From an uncultured delta proteobacterium (GTDB lineage Bacteria; Desulfobacterota; Desulfuromonadia; Geobacterales; Pseudopelobacteraceae), in assembly GCA_963772835.1 (NCBI GenBank), contig CAVYYZ010000011.1:256001-320000 (forward strand): 64,000 nt of DNA, read 5' to 3'. The notes below the pieces were generated by a model, which worked only from the letters and a program-made list of their open reading frames with translations, made no database searches and was not told where the DNA came from. Every line of letters starts with the position of its first letter. Positions within the stretch are counted from its first letter, which is position 1. Below are positions 30,262 to 41,277 of this stretch, piece after piece. The position numbers were made by a program, and so were the translations under genes.

Positions 30262-31389
30262 ATGAAAGCAATCCTTGCGCTCGCCGACGGGCGTATTTTT
30301 GAAGGGAAGTCATTCGGTTCAACGGGTGAGGCAACCGGTGAAGTTGTCTTTAATACAGCCATGTCTGGTTATCAGGAAGTTCTGACTGACCCTTCTTACA
30401 AAGGGCAGATGGTCACCATGACCTATCCTCAGATCGGCAACACAGGCATCAACACCGAGGACATTGAAAGCCGCGGGCTTTTCCTGTCAGGATTTATTGT
30501 TAAGGAGTATCTTGAATGCTATTCAAACTGGCGTGCCACCATGAGTCTTGCCTCCTATCTCATGGAGAACGGTGTAGTTGGTATTCAGGGAATTGACACC
30601 AGAGCACTGACACGGCATCTGCGTGATAAGGGCGCCCAGAACGGTGTCATCTCTACCGTAGATCTGGACCATGTCAGCCTGATCGCCAAGGCGCGCGCGG
30701 TGCCAAGCATGGCCGGCCTCGATCTGGCATCCGGCGTCTCCTGTGAAAAACCGTATCACTGGACTGAGGGTGTATGGGACCTGGAGGACGGATATCCCGA
30801 GATTGATCCATCGACATTCAAGTATAAGGTCGTGGCCTATGATTTTGGAATCAAATATAATATACTGCGCTGTCTGGCTGATGCCGGGTGCGACGTGACC
30901 GTGGTCCCGGCCAATTTCCCGGCTGAGGAAGCGCTGGCTTTGAATCCGGACGGTATCTTCCTTAGTAACGGTCCGGGCGACCCGGAACCTCTGGTTGCGA
31001 TTCAGGCTGAGATCAGAAAATTTATCGGGAAAAAACCGGTTTTCGGCATCTGTCTTGGCCATCAGCTGCTTGGACTCGCCCTGGGGGGCAAAACGTCAAA
31101 ACTCCCTTTCGGCAATCACGGATCAAATTTGCCGGTTATGGATATGCAGACGCGCAAGGTCGAGATTACGTCTCAGAATCATGGTTTTGCAGTTGATCTT
31201 GATTCGCTCGGTGATGTTGCCTGTCTGGGGCATGAGAACCTGAATGATCAGACCGTTGAAGGCATTCGCCACTGCGATCTGCCGGTATTCTCAGTTCAAC
31301 ATCACCCGGAAGCTTCACCCGGCCCTCATGACTCACAGTACCTGTTCCAGCGTTTCGTCGAATTGATGGAAAAGAGTAAGGGACAGTAG
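30262..31389 (+). CDS. carA: Carbamoyl-phosphate synthase small subunit
   Basis: GEVVFNT, SNGPGDP, GICLGHQ, HPE. Confidence 0.97.
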   Translation: MKAILALADGRIFEGKSFGSTGEATGEVVFNTAMSGYQEVLTDPSYKGQMVTMTYPQIGNTGINTEDIESRGLFLSGFIVKEYLECYSNWRATMSLASYLMENGVVGIQGIDTRALTRHLRDKGAQNGVISTVDLDHVSLIAKARAVPSMAGLDLASGVSCEKPYHWTEGVWDLEDGYPEIDPSTFKYKVVAYDFGIKYNILRCLADAGCDVTVVPANFPAEEALALNPDGIFLSNGPGDPEPLVAIQAEIRKFIGKKPVFGICLGHQLLGLALGGKTSKLPFGNHGSNLPVMDMQTRKVEITSQNHGFAVDLDSLGDVACLGHENLNDQTVEGIRHCDLPVFSVQHHPEASPGPHDSQYLFQRFVELMEKSKGQ

Positions 31390-31401
31390 TCTGGGGACGA
31401 A

Positions 31402-32337
31402 GTGCCCGATTATAGGTTTGAATCTGATATGAATTACCATGCTCTTTTTCAATCCGGCGATTTGTTGGCGCGAGTTCGCGAGGCGTATCAGCGACTATCT
31501 GCATGCGATCTCTGCCCACATGAGTGCGGTGTCAATCGTATTAAAGGAGAGCTTGGTGTCTGCAGTGCAGGGTTGAAGCCGAAGATAGCCTCTGCCAATG
31601 TTCACTATGGTGAGGAACCTCCGATTTCGGGGACAAAAGGTTCCGGTACTGTTTTTATGTCGGGATGTTCCCTGAAATGTGTTTTCTGCCAGAATTACCC
31701 TATAAGCCAGTTTTGTAACGGAGAAGCGGTCTCCACGAAGGAGCTCGCGTCCCGTATGCTCAAACTGCAGCGTCAGGGTGTTCATAACATCAACTTTGTG
31801 ACTCCGACCCATTTTATCGCTCAGATTCTTGCTGCACTCTGGATTGCGATACCTCAGGGTTTCAAACTGCCGATTGTCTGGAACAGTAGCGGTTACGAAA
31901 AGATTGATGTTCTTCAACTTCTTGATGGAATTGTGTCAATCTACCTTCCGGACATGAAATATTCTGATGATTCGATTGCTATTCAGCTGTCATCAGCGCC
32001 CGGGTACAGCTCAACCAATCACACAGCAGTGAGAGAAATGCTGCGGCAGGTCGGCCATCTCTCTCTGGATGAGAACGGCATTGCCGCAAGTGGTCTGATT
32101 ATCCGCCACCTCGTGCTTCCTGAAGGGAAGGCAGGTACGGGAGAAACTCTCAAATGGATCGCTGAAAACTTAGGCCGTGAAACTCATATTGCCCTGATGA
32201 ATCAATATTTTCCTGCACACCTGGCTCATCATAGCACAGGAATGCATCGTAAAGTTACTGAAGAAGAATATGATCAGGCCGTAGAGATCCTGCAGATTTG
32301 TGATCTTGATAACGGATGGGTTCAAGAGAACGGGTGA
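31402..32337 (+). CDS. PflX-like radical SAM protein
   Basis: CDLCPHECGVNR, GEEPPISG, CSLKCVFCQN, RHLVLP. Confidence 0.85.
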   Translation: MPDYRFESDMNYHALFQSGDLLARVREAYQRLSACDLCPHECGVNRIKGELGVCSAGLKPKIASANVHYGEEPPISGTKGSGTVFMSGCSLKCVFCQNYPISQFCNGEAVSTKELASRMLKLQRQGVHNINFVTPTHFIAQILAALWIAIPQGFKLPIVWNSSGYEKIDVLQLLDGIVSIYLPDMKYSDDSIAIQLSSAPGYSSTNHTAVREMLRQVGHLSLDENGIAASGLIIRHLVLPEGKAGTGETLKWIAENLGRETHIALMNQYFPAHLAHHSTGMHRKVTEEEYDQAVEILQICDLDNGWVQENG

Positions 32338-32359
32338 AATGTATCGGGAGCACGTAATT

Positions 32360-32854
32360 ATGAACCGGAGCAAGAAAGACAAAATGTTACTTTTTTTCGA
32401 TATTTGTGCAAAAATCGAGGGTCTGTGTGCGGAACTGTACCATTATTACAGTGATGTTTTTCAGGAGTACGACGAAGCTTCTCAACTGTGGAAAAAAACT
32501 GCTTTAGAAGAGGAAAATCATAAGAGGCAGTTTGAATTGGCCAGTCGGCTTGGTGATAACTCAATATTTGAAGTAGATACAGACATGGACAAAACGTACA
32601 GAATTTACGACAAGCTGCGGAAGCTTCTTGAACATGTCCGTAAGCATAGTCCCGATATCGTTACTGCTCTCACGAAAGCCATTGAGATGGAAGAATACCT
32701 TGCGGATTTGCATATGGAGAGCTCCGTTCGATTCAATGACAATTCAATCAGGGAAATGTTTCAGGCAATGAGAGATTTTGATCAGGAACATGTCACATCG
32801 TTAAAACGACTTCAGACAATTCTGATGCTGCCGAAATCTGTTATGACCGGATGA
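32360..32854 (+). CDS. Ferritin-like / rubrerythrin-type diiron domain protein
   Basis: Four-helix pattern with E...EENH and E...DQEH. Confidence 0.7.
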   Translation: MNRSKKDKMLLFFDICAKIEGLCAELYHYYSDVFQEYDEASQLWKKTALEEENHKRQFELASRLGDNSIFEVDTDMDKTYRIYDKLRKLLEHVRKHSPDIVTALTKAIEMEEYLADLHMESSVRFNDNSIREMFQAMRDFDQEHVTSLKRLQTILMLPKSVMTG

Positions 32855-33180
32855 GGACCATAATACTTCTGATCATTTCCAACGTTTTTATGACATTCGC
32901 CTGGTATGCCCACCTGAAAAATCTGAATAACAGGCATTGGTTCATTGCTGTTCTTGTTTCATGGGGGATTGCTTTTTTTGAATATCTTGTTCAGGTGCCG
33001 GCAAACAGGATGGGGTATTCCGGAAGTTTCTCACTGGCCCAGCTCAAGATCACTCAGGAGGTGATCACACTGTGTGTTTTTGTCCCTTTTGCCGTGTTAT
33101 ACATGGGGACAAGCCTGTCGTGGAATTTCCTCTGGGCTGGATGTTGTTTGGCCGGAGCCGTTTTCTTTATATTTCGATAA
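32851..33180 (+). CDS. DMT-superfamily small membrane protein (DUF486-type)
   Basis: [32 protein letters not shown]. Confidence 0.85.
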   Translation: MRTIILLIISNVFMTFAWYAHLKNLNNRHWFIAVLVSWGIAFFEYLVQVPANRMGYSGSFSLAQLKITQEVITLCVFVPFAVLYMGTSLSWNFLWAGCCLAGAVFFIFR

Positions 33181-33203
33181 AATTACGAAGGAGTATTGTA
33201 TAC

Positions 33204-36200
33204 ATGCCTAAAAGAACAGACATTCATAAAATTCTCATCATCGGCGCCGGACCGATAGTCATTGGACAGGCCTGCGAATTTGATTATTCCGGTACTCAGG
33301 CATGCAAGTCATTAAAGGAAGAGGGCTACGAGGTTGTACTGCTGAACAGTAACCCGGCCACAATTATGACCGACCCCGATTTTGCCGACCGCACCTATAT
33401 AGAACCGGTCACGCCTGAGATTCTGGCCAAAATCATTGAGAAGGAGCGTCCTGACGCAGTGCTTCCGACCCTTGGTGGTCAGACTGCTCTTAATACCGCC
33501 GTTTCCGTCGCAGAAATGGGTATTCTGGAAAAATACGGTGTGGAACTTATAGGTGCTAAACTCCCGGCAATCAAGAAGGCAGAAGATCGCACGCTTTTCA
33601 AGGCGGCCATGGGGAAGATCGGGCTGGCAGTACCCAACTCCGGTTTGGCGCATAATAACGCAGAAGCGATGGAGGTTATCAAGACAATAGGCTTTCCGGC
33701 TATCATCCGGCCGTCATTCACTCTGGGAGGTAGCGGCGGCGGAATTGCCTATAACCTTGAAGAGTATGAAAAAATGGCGATGGGAGGAATTGACGCTTCG
33801 CCAACTGATGAAATACTTATTGAGGAGTCGGTCATCGGTTGGAAAGAGTACGAACTGGAAGTCATGCGTGACACCGCAGATAACGTTGTAATAATCTGCT
33901 CAATTGAAAATTTCGATCCGATGGGAGTACATACCGGTGACTCGATTACCATTGCTCCTGCCCAGACCCTGACTGATAAGGAATATCAGATCCTGCGCGA
34001 TGCATCGCTCAAAATCATTCGTGAGATCGGTGTCGATACCGGCGGTTCCAACATCCAGTTTGGCATAAACCCGCGTGATGGGCGCCTTGTGGTTATCGAA
34101 ATGAATCCTCGAGTGTCGCGATCATCGGCTCTGGCCTCCAAGGCAACCGGCTTTCCGATTGCTAAAATTGCAGCCAAACTGGCGGTCGGATATACTCTGG
34201 ATGAGGTCACCAATGACATCACCCGAGAAACACCGGCCTGCTTCGAGCCGAGTATTGACTATGTTGTTACCAAAATCCCGCGCTTTACGTTTGAGAAGTT
34301 TCCGGCCGCTGATGCAACCCTGACAACCCAGATGAAATCGGTTGGTGAAGTCATGTCGATTGGACGGACTTTCAAGGAATCATTCCAGAAAGCTATCAGG
34401 TCGCTTGAAATTGGAGTCAGCGGTTTTGACTCAAAGCTTTTTGATCTTGGATCTGAAACGAGACGTGCGCTGACCGGCAAGGAACAGCAACTCATGCTGG
34501 AAAAACTGCGGGTACCGAATGCAGACAGACTCTGGTATGTCGGCGATGCCTTGCGGAGCGGAATGAGCGTGGAAGAAATACAAAAACATACCGCTATTGA
34601 TCCCTGGTTCCTCCATAATATCCGTCAGATCATCGAAAAAGAGGATGAACTGAAGTCTCTTGCCATTACGGAAATTTCAGGTGCGGTGCTGCGCGAAGCG
34701 AAACAGTACGGCTTTTCAGACAAATTTCTGTCGAAACTCTGGAAAACCGGTGAGGATGAGGTGCGTGAGATGCGCTGGAGGCTGGGAGTACGCCCCGTAT
34801 ACAAGCGCGTTGATACCTGTGCCGCCGAGTTCGTTGCCTACACTCCCTATATGTACTCAACGTATGAGGAAGAGTGTGAGTCTGCACCAACCGATAGAAA
34901 AAAAATCATGATTCTGGGAGGGGGACCAAACCGGATCGGGCAGGGAATCGAGTTTGATTACTGTTGCGTGCATGGTGCCTTTGCATTGGCTGAAGACGGG
35001 TATGAAACTATCATGGTCAACTGTAATCCGGAAACTGTTTCCACTGACTACGATACATCGGATCGGCTCTATTTCGAGCCGTTAACTTTGGAGGATGTCC
35101 TTGAGATTGTGGCCAAAGAGAAGCCTGTTGGCGTGATTGTTCAATTCGGCGGGCAGACGCCTCTCAAGCTGGCTGTAGCACTGGAAAAAGCCGGTGTGCC
35201 GATAATTGGGACTTCACCTGACGCGATCGACCGTGCTGAAGATCGTGAACGTTTTCAGGAAATGCTTCACAAGTTAGGTCTTCTTCAACCGGAAAACGGC
35301 ACGGCCAGGACTTTTGAAGAAGCGGAAAAAGTAGTGGAACGCATTGGTTATCCGGTCGTAGTACGCCCCTCATACGTTCTCGGCGGCCGCGCAATGGAAA
35401 TTGTGTATGATTCTGAAAACCTGCAGCGCTATATGAAAACGGCTGTGCTGGTTTCTCCCGAACATCCGATTCTGATTGACAGCTTTCTGGATGAGGCGAT
35501 CGAGATTGATGTCGATGCACTCTGTGACGGAACCGATGTGGTTATCGGCGGGATCATGGAGCATATCGAAGAGGCGGGCATTCATTCCGGTGATTCGGCC
35601 TGTAGTCTGCCTCCATACTCGATCAGCCAGGAAATTGTGGCCGAAATTCGCAGGCAGACGGTTCTTATGGCACTTGAGCTGAACGTTATAGGTCTGATGA
35701 ACGTACAGTACGCCGTTAAAGGAACTGTCGTTTATATTCTGGAGGTAAATCCCCGCGCTTCACGCACATCACCATTTGTCTCGAAGGCAACCGGCCGGCC
35801 TCTGGCAAAGATAGCCGCTCGCATCATGGCTGGGAAAACCCTTAAAGAACTCGGGGTGGTCGAAGATATCATTCCAAAGCATATTTCTGTAAAAGAGGCT
35901 GTTTTTCCGTTTGTAAAATTTCCTGGTGTCGATACTCTTCTTGGTCCCGAAATGAAATCAACCGGAGAGGTAATGGGGATTGGTGAAACTTTTGCCGAAG
36001 CTTTTGCCAAATCACAGCTGGGGGCAAATGTAAATCTGCCTCTGTCCGGAAATGTCTTTATCAGTGTCCGGGATGCTGACAAGAAACATGTTGTCAGCGC
36101 TGCCGAAAAACTGTATAAAGCCGGATTCGGTATACTTGCAACAGGTGGAACTGCTTTGTTTCTTGAAGAAAAAGGAATTCCGGTCCGGCGCGTTAACAAG

Positions 36201-36437
36201 GTGCTGGAGGGACGTCCGCATATTGTTGATGCCATCAAGAACGGAGAGGTTCAGCTGGTTCTTAACACCACTCAAGGAGCCCAGGCGGTGGCTGATTCTT
36301 TCTCAATCCGGAGAGAGTCATTAATGCATGGGCTTGCGTATTATACGACTGTTGCGGGGGCAAAAGCCGTTGCCGACAGTATTATACTGTTAAAAAATCA
36401 GGAGCTGGGTGTTAAACCGATTCAGGATTATCTTTAG
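33204..36437 (+). CDS. carB: Carbamoyl-phosphate synthase large subunit
   Basis: MPKRTD start with [19 protein letters not shown], duplicated ATP-grasp domains. Confidence 0.98.
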   Translation: MPKRTDIHKILIIGAGPIVIGQACEFDYSGTQACKSLKEEGYEVVLLNSNPATIMTDPDFADRTYIEPVTPEILAKIIEKERPDAVLPTLGGQTALNTAVSVAEMGILEKYGVELIGAKLPAIKKAEDRTLFKAAMGKIGLAVPNSGLAHNNAEAMEVIKTIGFPAIIRPSFTLGGSGGGIAYNLEEYEKMAMGGIDASPTDEILIEESVIGWKEYELEVMRDTADNVVIICSIENFDPMGVHTGDSITIAPAQTLTDKEYQILRDASLKIIREIGVDTGGSNIQFGINPRDGRLVVIEMNPRVSRSSALASKATGFPIAKIAAKLAVGYTLDEVTNDITRETPACFEPSIDYVVTKIPRFTFEKFPAADATLTTQMKSVGEVMSIGRTFKESFQKAIRSLEIGVSGFDSKLFDLGSETRRALTGKEQQLMLEKLRVPNADRLWYVGDALRSGMSVEEIQKHTAIDPWFLHNIRQIIEKEDELKSLAITEISGAVLREAKQYGFSDKFLSKLWKTGEDEVREMRWRLGVRPVYKRVDTCAAEFVAYTPYMYSTYEEECESAPTDRKKIMILGGGPNRIGQGIEFDYCCVHGAFALAEDGYETIMVNCNPETVSTDYDTSDRLYFEPLTLEDVLEIVAKEKPVGVIVQFGGQTPLKLAVALEKAGVPIIGTSPDAIDRAEDRERFQEMLHKLGLLQPENGTARTFEEAEKVVERIGYPVVVRPSYVLGGRAMEIVYDSENLQRYMKTAVLVSPEHPILIDSFLDEAIEIDVDALCDGTDVVIGGIMEHIEEAGIHSGDSACSLPPYSISQEIVAEIRRQTVLMALELNVIGLMNVQYAVKGTVVYILEVNPRASRTSPFVSKATGRPLAKIAARIMAGKTLKELGVVEDIIPKHISVKEAVFPFVKFPGVDTLLGPEMKSTGEVMGIGETFAEAFAKSQLGANVNLPLSGNVFISVRDADKKHVVSAAEKLYKAGFGILATGGTALFLEEKGIPVRRVNKVLEGRPHIVDAIKNGEVQLVLNTTQGAQAVADSFSIRRESLMHGLAYYTTVAGAKAVADSIILLKNQELGVKPIQDYL

Positions 36438-36568
36438 TACGGTAGAAAGTGCTATGCGCTTTTAGGGCATTAAACAAGATGCTATTGTTTTTATAGATAC
36501 TTTCATGTTCGTATGTATCCCTTTTACAGGGCACGTTGAAATATTTTTGTACAGGAGCAGACCACTAG

Positions 36569-37045
36569 ATGTCCCATTCTATACCGGTAACAAAAGAGAG
36601 CTTTGAAGCGTTGCAGGAAGAGTTAAAGCGTCTGATTCGTGAAGAACGGCCCAAGGTGATTCAGGATATTTCCGAAGCTCGTGATCATGGAGATCTGTCA
36701 GAAAATGCTGAATATGATGCTGCTAAAAATCGTCAGGGTTTTATTGAAGGGCGCATACAGGAAATAAACGGCAAATTGGCCCGTGCACACGTTGTTGATC
36801 TCTCTGGTTTGAAACCGGATAAAGTTGTGTTTGGCTGCACGGTGACGGTGTACGATACGGCATCTGAAGAAGAGGCAACCTACAAGATTGTTGGCGAGGA
36901 CGAAGCCGATATTAAATTAAGCAAAATATCCTGTACGTCACCTGTCGGAAAAGCACTGATCGGCCACAAACTTGATGATTCGGTACGAGTGATTGTCCCG
37001 TCAGGTACAAAGGAATACGAAATACTTGATATTAAATACGAATAG
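36569..37045 (+). CDS. greA: Transcription elongation factor GreA
   Basis: HGDLSENAEY, SPVGKALIG. Confidence 0.96.
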   Translation: MSHSIPVTKESFEALQEELKRLIREERPKVIQDISEARDHGDLSENAEYDAAKNRQGFIEGRIQEINGKLARAHVVDLSGLKPDKVVFGCTVTVYDTASEEEATYKIVGEDEADIKLSKISCTSPVGKALIGHKLDDSVRVIVPSGTKEYEILDIKYE

Positions 37046-37078
37046 AATTAGATTGATACCAGATAAGAGGAGTCACCA

Positions 37079-37276
37079 ATGGCAGGAATTACTAAAGATA
37101 TGACGTTTTTTGAACTGATGCGTACCTATCCTGAGTCTGTCAGGGTGCTTCAGAAACATAACCTTGGCTGTGTAGGATGCATGGGAGCCCAGAATGAAAG
37201 CCTTGAACAGGGTGCCAGGGCGCATGGCCTTGATGTTGACACACTGCTCAGTGACTTAAACGCAGCAATCGGTTAA
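37079..37276 (+). CDS. DUF1858 / hybrid-cluster-associated redox disulfide domain protein
   Basis: ITKDM..GCVGC..ESLEQGARAHG; GAGGAG RBS. Confidence 0.85.
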   Translation: MAGITKDMTFFELMRTYPESVRVLQKHNLGCVGCMGAQNESLEQGARAHGLDVDTLLSDLNAAIG

Positions 37277-37382
37277 CCGGACTGCAGTAAATACTCACCG
37301 CGACCCCCATGAATTGCTTTGTGGGGGTCGATCTGTTTGGTGGTATACTCCCGATAAAGTGTCACTTTTTGCGAGGTTTTCT

Positions 37383-38324
37383 TTGAATAGACCGGCTCGG
37401 CCCCATGCATTCACGACTGTCTTTGATACTCTCTCCCGGCAGTATCTGCAGGGGAAGGATGAAGTGTTGCGTTTGTCGGCAATCGCTCTTCTGGTAGGTG
37501 GGCACATTCTGGTTGAGGATCTGCCCGGACTTGGCAAGACGACCGTAGCCCTTGCGCTTGCCGGGATTACCGGGCTCAGCTTCGGAAGGGTACAGTGTAC
37601 CAGCGATCTTCTCCCGTCTGATATCACCGGGCTTTCAATTTTTAAGCGCGAAGGTGGGGTATTCAGTTTTCAACCCGGTCCAATCTTCAACAATATTGTT
37701 CTGCTTGATGAAATAAACCGTGCCATGCCGCGTACCCAGAGCGCCATGCTTGAAGCGATGGAGGAGCGGCGTGTAACAATTGAAGGCGTAACACACCCAC
37801 TCCCTGATCCATTCATGGTATTTGCAACCCAGAACCCTTCTGATCAGAGCGGCACTTTTCTGCTTCCTGAATCTCAGTTGGATCGTTTTCTGATCTGTAC
37901 CGGTATCGGATATCCTGCGGAACCGCTGGAGCGGGAAATTATAGCAGGAGGCGGCATCCGTGAACGGATCAGCAGTATGATACCGCTGATAACACCTGCT
38001 GAAATAACCGCTGCAAGGAGAGACGTTTTGGCGATCTATCTCTCAGACAAGGTGCTTTCCTATATTCATAATCTGGTTCTGGCAACTCGTTGCCACGATC
38101 TGATACTGACCGGACTTTCGACACGGGCTGCAATAAATCTGGCCCAGGCCTCCAAAGCTGCCGCGTATCTGGCGGGGCGCGACTATGTTGCGCCGGACGA
38201 CGTCAAGAACATTGTCGTATCGGTCTGTGCCCATCGGTTGATTATGCGGAGTGACATGTCAGCCTCCGACAGGGGAGGGGTGATACGGACAATCGTCGCC
38301 GGTATAGCGTTGCCTTTGGCCTGA
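37383..38324 (+). CDS. MoxR-family AAA+ ATPase
   Basis: EDLPGLGKT, DLLPSDITG, DEINRA, ATQNP, LPESQLDRF; TTG start with GAGG RBS. Confidence 0.92.
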   Translation: MNRPARPHAFTTVFDTLSRQYLQGKDEVLRLSAIALLVGGHILVEDLPGLGKTTVALALAGITGLSFGRVQCTSDLLPSDITGLSIFKREGGVFSFQPGPIFNNIVLLDEINRAMPRTQSAMLEAMEERRVTIEGVTHPLPDPFMVFATQNPSDQSGTFLLPESQLDRFLICTGIGYPAEPLEREIIAGGGIRERISSMIPLITPAEITAARRDVLAIYLSDKVLSYIHNLVLATRCHDLILTGLSTRAAINLAQASKAAAYLAGRDYVAPDDVKNIVVSVCAHRLIMRSDMSASDRGGVIRTIVAGIALPLA

Positions 38325-39187
38325 AAATAAGTAAATCCGGTGCACTTTATATTCTGATTACGCTCCTGCTCGGTTTTGCTGCGGTTAATACCGGCAACAA
38401 TCTGCTGTTTCTGATCGTTTCCGGTTTACTGGCATTTATGTCGGTCACCGGTCTGGCAGGAATGTACAATATCAAAGTACTCATTCCCGACCTTCTCCCT
38501 CCTGAAGAAATTTACGCCGGAATTCCCGCCCCTTTCCGTTTATCCGTACGTAATAATAAACGATATCTTCCCTCCTTTCTTATCCGAGTCGAGAACCAGG
38601 GCGGGCACGCTCTTGTTTTTCCCGTACTGCTGCAGAACTCTACAACTCATGGGACTGTTTTTGTTACATTCAACCAACGGGGGCCGGCTCCACTTGGAAG
38701 AATAACAATCAGCTCACCATATCCGGTCGGTTTTTTTACCCGTTTCTGGAGTTTTGAAAACAGCACTATGGTAACGGTATTTCCACGCCCGATAGCATTC
38801 CTGCTACGCGTTGGCGGTGATGAATCTCCGGCAACCGGATCAGGACTGCGCCGGGATCGTGGTTTAAGCGGAGAATTAGAACGGATATATCCGTATTCCG
38901 GATCGGAACCGCTCCGGATGATCCATTGGAAGCTATCAGCACGCAGCAATGATTTTATGGTAAAGGGTTTCGGCAGATCTGTTGCTGCTCCACTGATGAT
39001 AGATCTGGACGCAATAACGGGGCAGGGTGTGGAAGAAAGGTTGTCCCGCGCTGCCTGGCTGGTTCAGCGCTGGGTGCGTGAGCGTCCGGTCGGGATTAAG
39101 CTAGGCGCCCGTGTCCTGTCTACCGGCATCGGAAGGCAGCACGGTCTTATGCTGCTGAAGGAATTGGCGTTGTATGGTTGCGATTAG
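38321..39187 (+). CDS. DUF58-domain protein (probable CTG start overlapping the moxR stop)
   Basis: Frame open from 38321: (M)KISKSGALYILITLLLGFAAVNTGNNLLF...; later RMIHWKLSAR; lies between MoxR and transglutaminase genes. Confidence 0.8.
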   Translation: MKISKSGALYILITLLLGFAAVNTGNNLLFLIVSGLLAFMSVTGLAGMYNIKVLIPDLLPPEEIYAGIPAPFRLSVRNNKRYLPSFLIRVENQGGHALVFPVLLQNSTTHGTVFVTFNQRGPAPLGRITISSPYPVGFFTRFWSFENSTMVTVFPRPIAFLLRVGGDESPATGSGLRRDRGLSGELERIYPYSGSEPLRMIHWKLSARSNDFMVKGFGRSVAAPLMIDLDAITGQGVEERLSRAAWLVQRWVRERPVGIKLGARVLSTGIGRQHGLMLLKELALYGCD

Positions 39188-41102
39188 ATCTCTGACATCA
39201 CTATTGACCTATCTCATCGGTTTGTGCGGGATAATCCCACTCTTCCCCTGGTTGACGATGTTTCCTCGCGCGATTCTGGTGGCCGGACTGTTGTCCGGAG
39301 TCTGGCAGGATCGCAGAGGGAGTTGGCCGATGAGACCATGGATGCAGAACATTTTGATTGTACCGGTTTTTTTGTATTACGCTCTCCAATTCAGTCGTGC
39401 CAACCCGACTCAACCGGTAATCAGTGTGCTGGCAATAATGCTCGCAGTCCGGTTCAGCGGTGAAAAAACGATTCGTCACAGCGTGCAAATTTATGCTCTA
39501 TCGATATTCTGTCTAGCTTCTTCATCTCTTTTTGATTTGAGCCCTGTGTTTTTGATATATCTCGGTTTACTCATTTTTTTGGGCGCCATTGCCCTGGAAC
39601 TATTGACTTTCCAGAATCAGGACTTCGCCATGACGGTATCGATACCAGATCTGAAAAGGATTTTGCTTTCAGGATTGCTGATGCCTGTTCTGGCTGTTCC
39701 TCTGCTGCTGTTTTTTTTCCCGATAATGCCGCGTACCCAGGTACCACTCTGGCATTTTCTCAATCCGCCGGCATCGCGTACGACCGGATATTCTGATACG
39801 GTAGATCCTGGTGGCCACAGCAGTATTGTTGAATCTCGTACACTGGCCTTCCGTGCCGAAATGCCGCAAATATCGCTGTCACAGATTTACTGGCGCGGGA
39901 CAGTCTTCAACAGGACAGACGGAATCAAATGGATCCGCTCCACTCAGATTCCATCTGAGCAGACTGATTTTACCGGCACAACAGTAGCTCAGACGATCTA
40001 TCCTGAACCGTCTGCCGCCCGGAATCTGATAGCGCTTGACCGTCCTGCAACAATCGCTCTGCAACGAGTAAAACGCGCACCTGACGGGGTCTTTGAACTT
40101 GTAGGAACAACCGGAAGGCGGCTCAGTTATATCGCCAATTCAATTTCAAGCGGTGTAGTACCACAACGCAACCCAGTTAACAGACCATTTTATTTGCAGC
40201 TTCCTGAGAAGATGTCTCCCCGGATACAGGCATTTGCCTCGAAAATTGTTCGATTCGGAAAAGGTGATCGATCCAGAGTCGAATATCTGGAGAACCATTT
40301 CCGTAACGGAGGATACCGCTATTCAACCAGTGACCTGACGACCGGGGACAGAGCACTTGAACAGTTTCTCTTTGAAAAAAAACAGGGAAATTGTGAGTTT
40401 TTTGCATCGTCTTTTGCCGTTCTGCTGCGCGCTGCCGGTGTGCCATGCCGACTGGTAGGCGGATATCTGGGCGGCGAATATAACCAGTTGGGAGGTTATT
40501 ATCTTGTCAGTGACGATAAGGCTCATGTGTGGGTGGAGGCTTATATAGATGGGAGCGGATGGGTACGTATCGATCCCAGCAGTTTTGCTGCCAACGCCGG
40601 AGAAGTCTGGAAATCTACAGTATCATCCAGTCTTAAACTCCGTATTAATCAGACTATTGATTCTTTGAATCACATGTGGAACCGGTCTGTTATAACGTAC
40701 GACTTAGAGCAACAGATTACTATTGCCCGTTCAGTCGGGACACGTCTGCAGGGAGTTGGATCTATAGCAACTCTGCGTAGAACTGCGCCGTTTATTGCCG
40801 CCACTCTCCTGTTTGCCGTTCTGCTGATTGCGTCTAGGAAAGCGTTGCTATTCCAATCCCGTGAACGTCGGATCCTCAATCGTTTTCTTCAATCTGTTGG
40901 CAGTGAATGTGATATTGCACCATCGGTTGATGATTTTGGATTATTTGAGATTGCTTCAGCGGCAGATAACTCTCATGTCTCTGAATTTGTTGCCATCTAT
41001 GCCGGAGCGATTTATCACGACCGAAAACTTACGGATAACGAGTATCTTTATTTGAAGCAGATTCTTGCAGCTTTTAAGAGAGGAAAGGCAAAAAAACCTT
41101 GA
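39174..41102 (+). CDS. Membrane-bound transglutaminase-like protein (TgpA/DUF3488 type)
   Basis: N-terminal TMs, YWRG, GNCEFFAS, AHVWVEAY, WVRIDP. Confidence 0.9.
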   Translation: MVAIRSLTSLLTYLIGLCGIIPLFPWLTMFPRAILVAGLLSGVWQDRRGSWPMRPWMQNILIVPVFLYYALQFSRANPTQPVISVLAIMLAVRFSGEKTIRHSVQIYALSIFCLASSSLFDLSPVFLIYLGLLIFLGAIALELLTFQNQDFAMTVSIPDLKRILLSGLLMPVLAVPLLLFFFPIMPRTQVPLWHFLNPPASRTTGYSDTVDPGGHSSIVESRTLAFRAEMPQISLSQIYWRGTVFNRTDGIKWIRSTQIPSEQTDFTGTTVAQTIYPEPSAARNLIALDRPATIALQRVKRAPDGVFELVGTTGRRLSYIANSISSGVVPQRNPVNRPFYLQLPEKMSPRIQAFASKIVRFGKGDRSRVEYLENHFRNGGYRYSTSDLTTGDRALEQFLFEKKQGNCEFFASSFAVLLRAAGVPCRLVGGYLGGEYNQLGGYYLVSDDKAHVWVEAYIDGSGWVRIDPSSFAANAGEVWKSTVSSSLKLRINQTIDSLNHMWNRSVITYDLEQQITIARSVGTRLQGVGSIATLRRTAPFIAATLLFAVLLIASRKALLFQSRERRILNRFLQSVGSECDIAPSVDDFGLFEIASAADNSHVSEFVAIYAGAIYHDRKLTDNEYLYLKQILAAFKRGKAKKP

Positions 41103-41142
41103 CTTGGAACCTCGATTCGGGCTATTAAATCCGTTCTTATAT

Positions 41143-41219
41143 GGTGGCTGTGGTGAAGCGGTTAACACGTGCGACTGTGACTCGCATATTCGAGGGTTCG
41201 ATACCCTCCAGCCACCCCA
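41143..41219 (+). tRNA. tRNA-His (GTG)
   Basis: G(-1)+GTGGCTG acceptor pairing with CAGCCAC-C-CCA; anticodon arm TGCGA-CTGTGAC-TCGCA; GGTTCGA T-loop. Confidence 0.95.
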
Positions 41220-41226
41220 AAAACTC

Positions 41227-41259
41227 AAAGGCCGCGTCGATTGACGCGGCCTTTTTTTT
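41227..41259 (+). terminator. Intrinsic terminator after tRNA-His
   Basis: AAAGGCCGCGTC-gatt-GACGCGGCCTTTTTTTT. Confidence 0.9.
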
Positions 41260-41277
41260 CGATCGTTTCCTGTCGTA

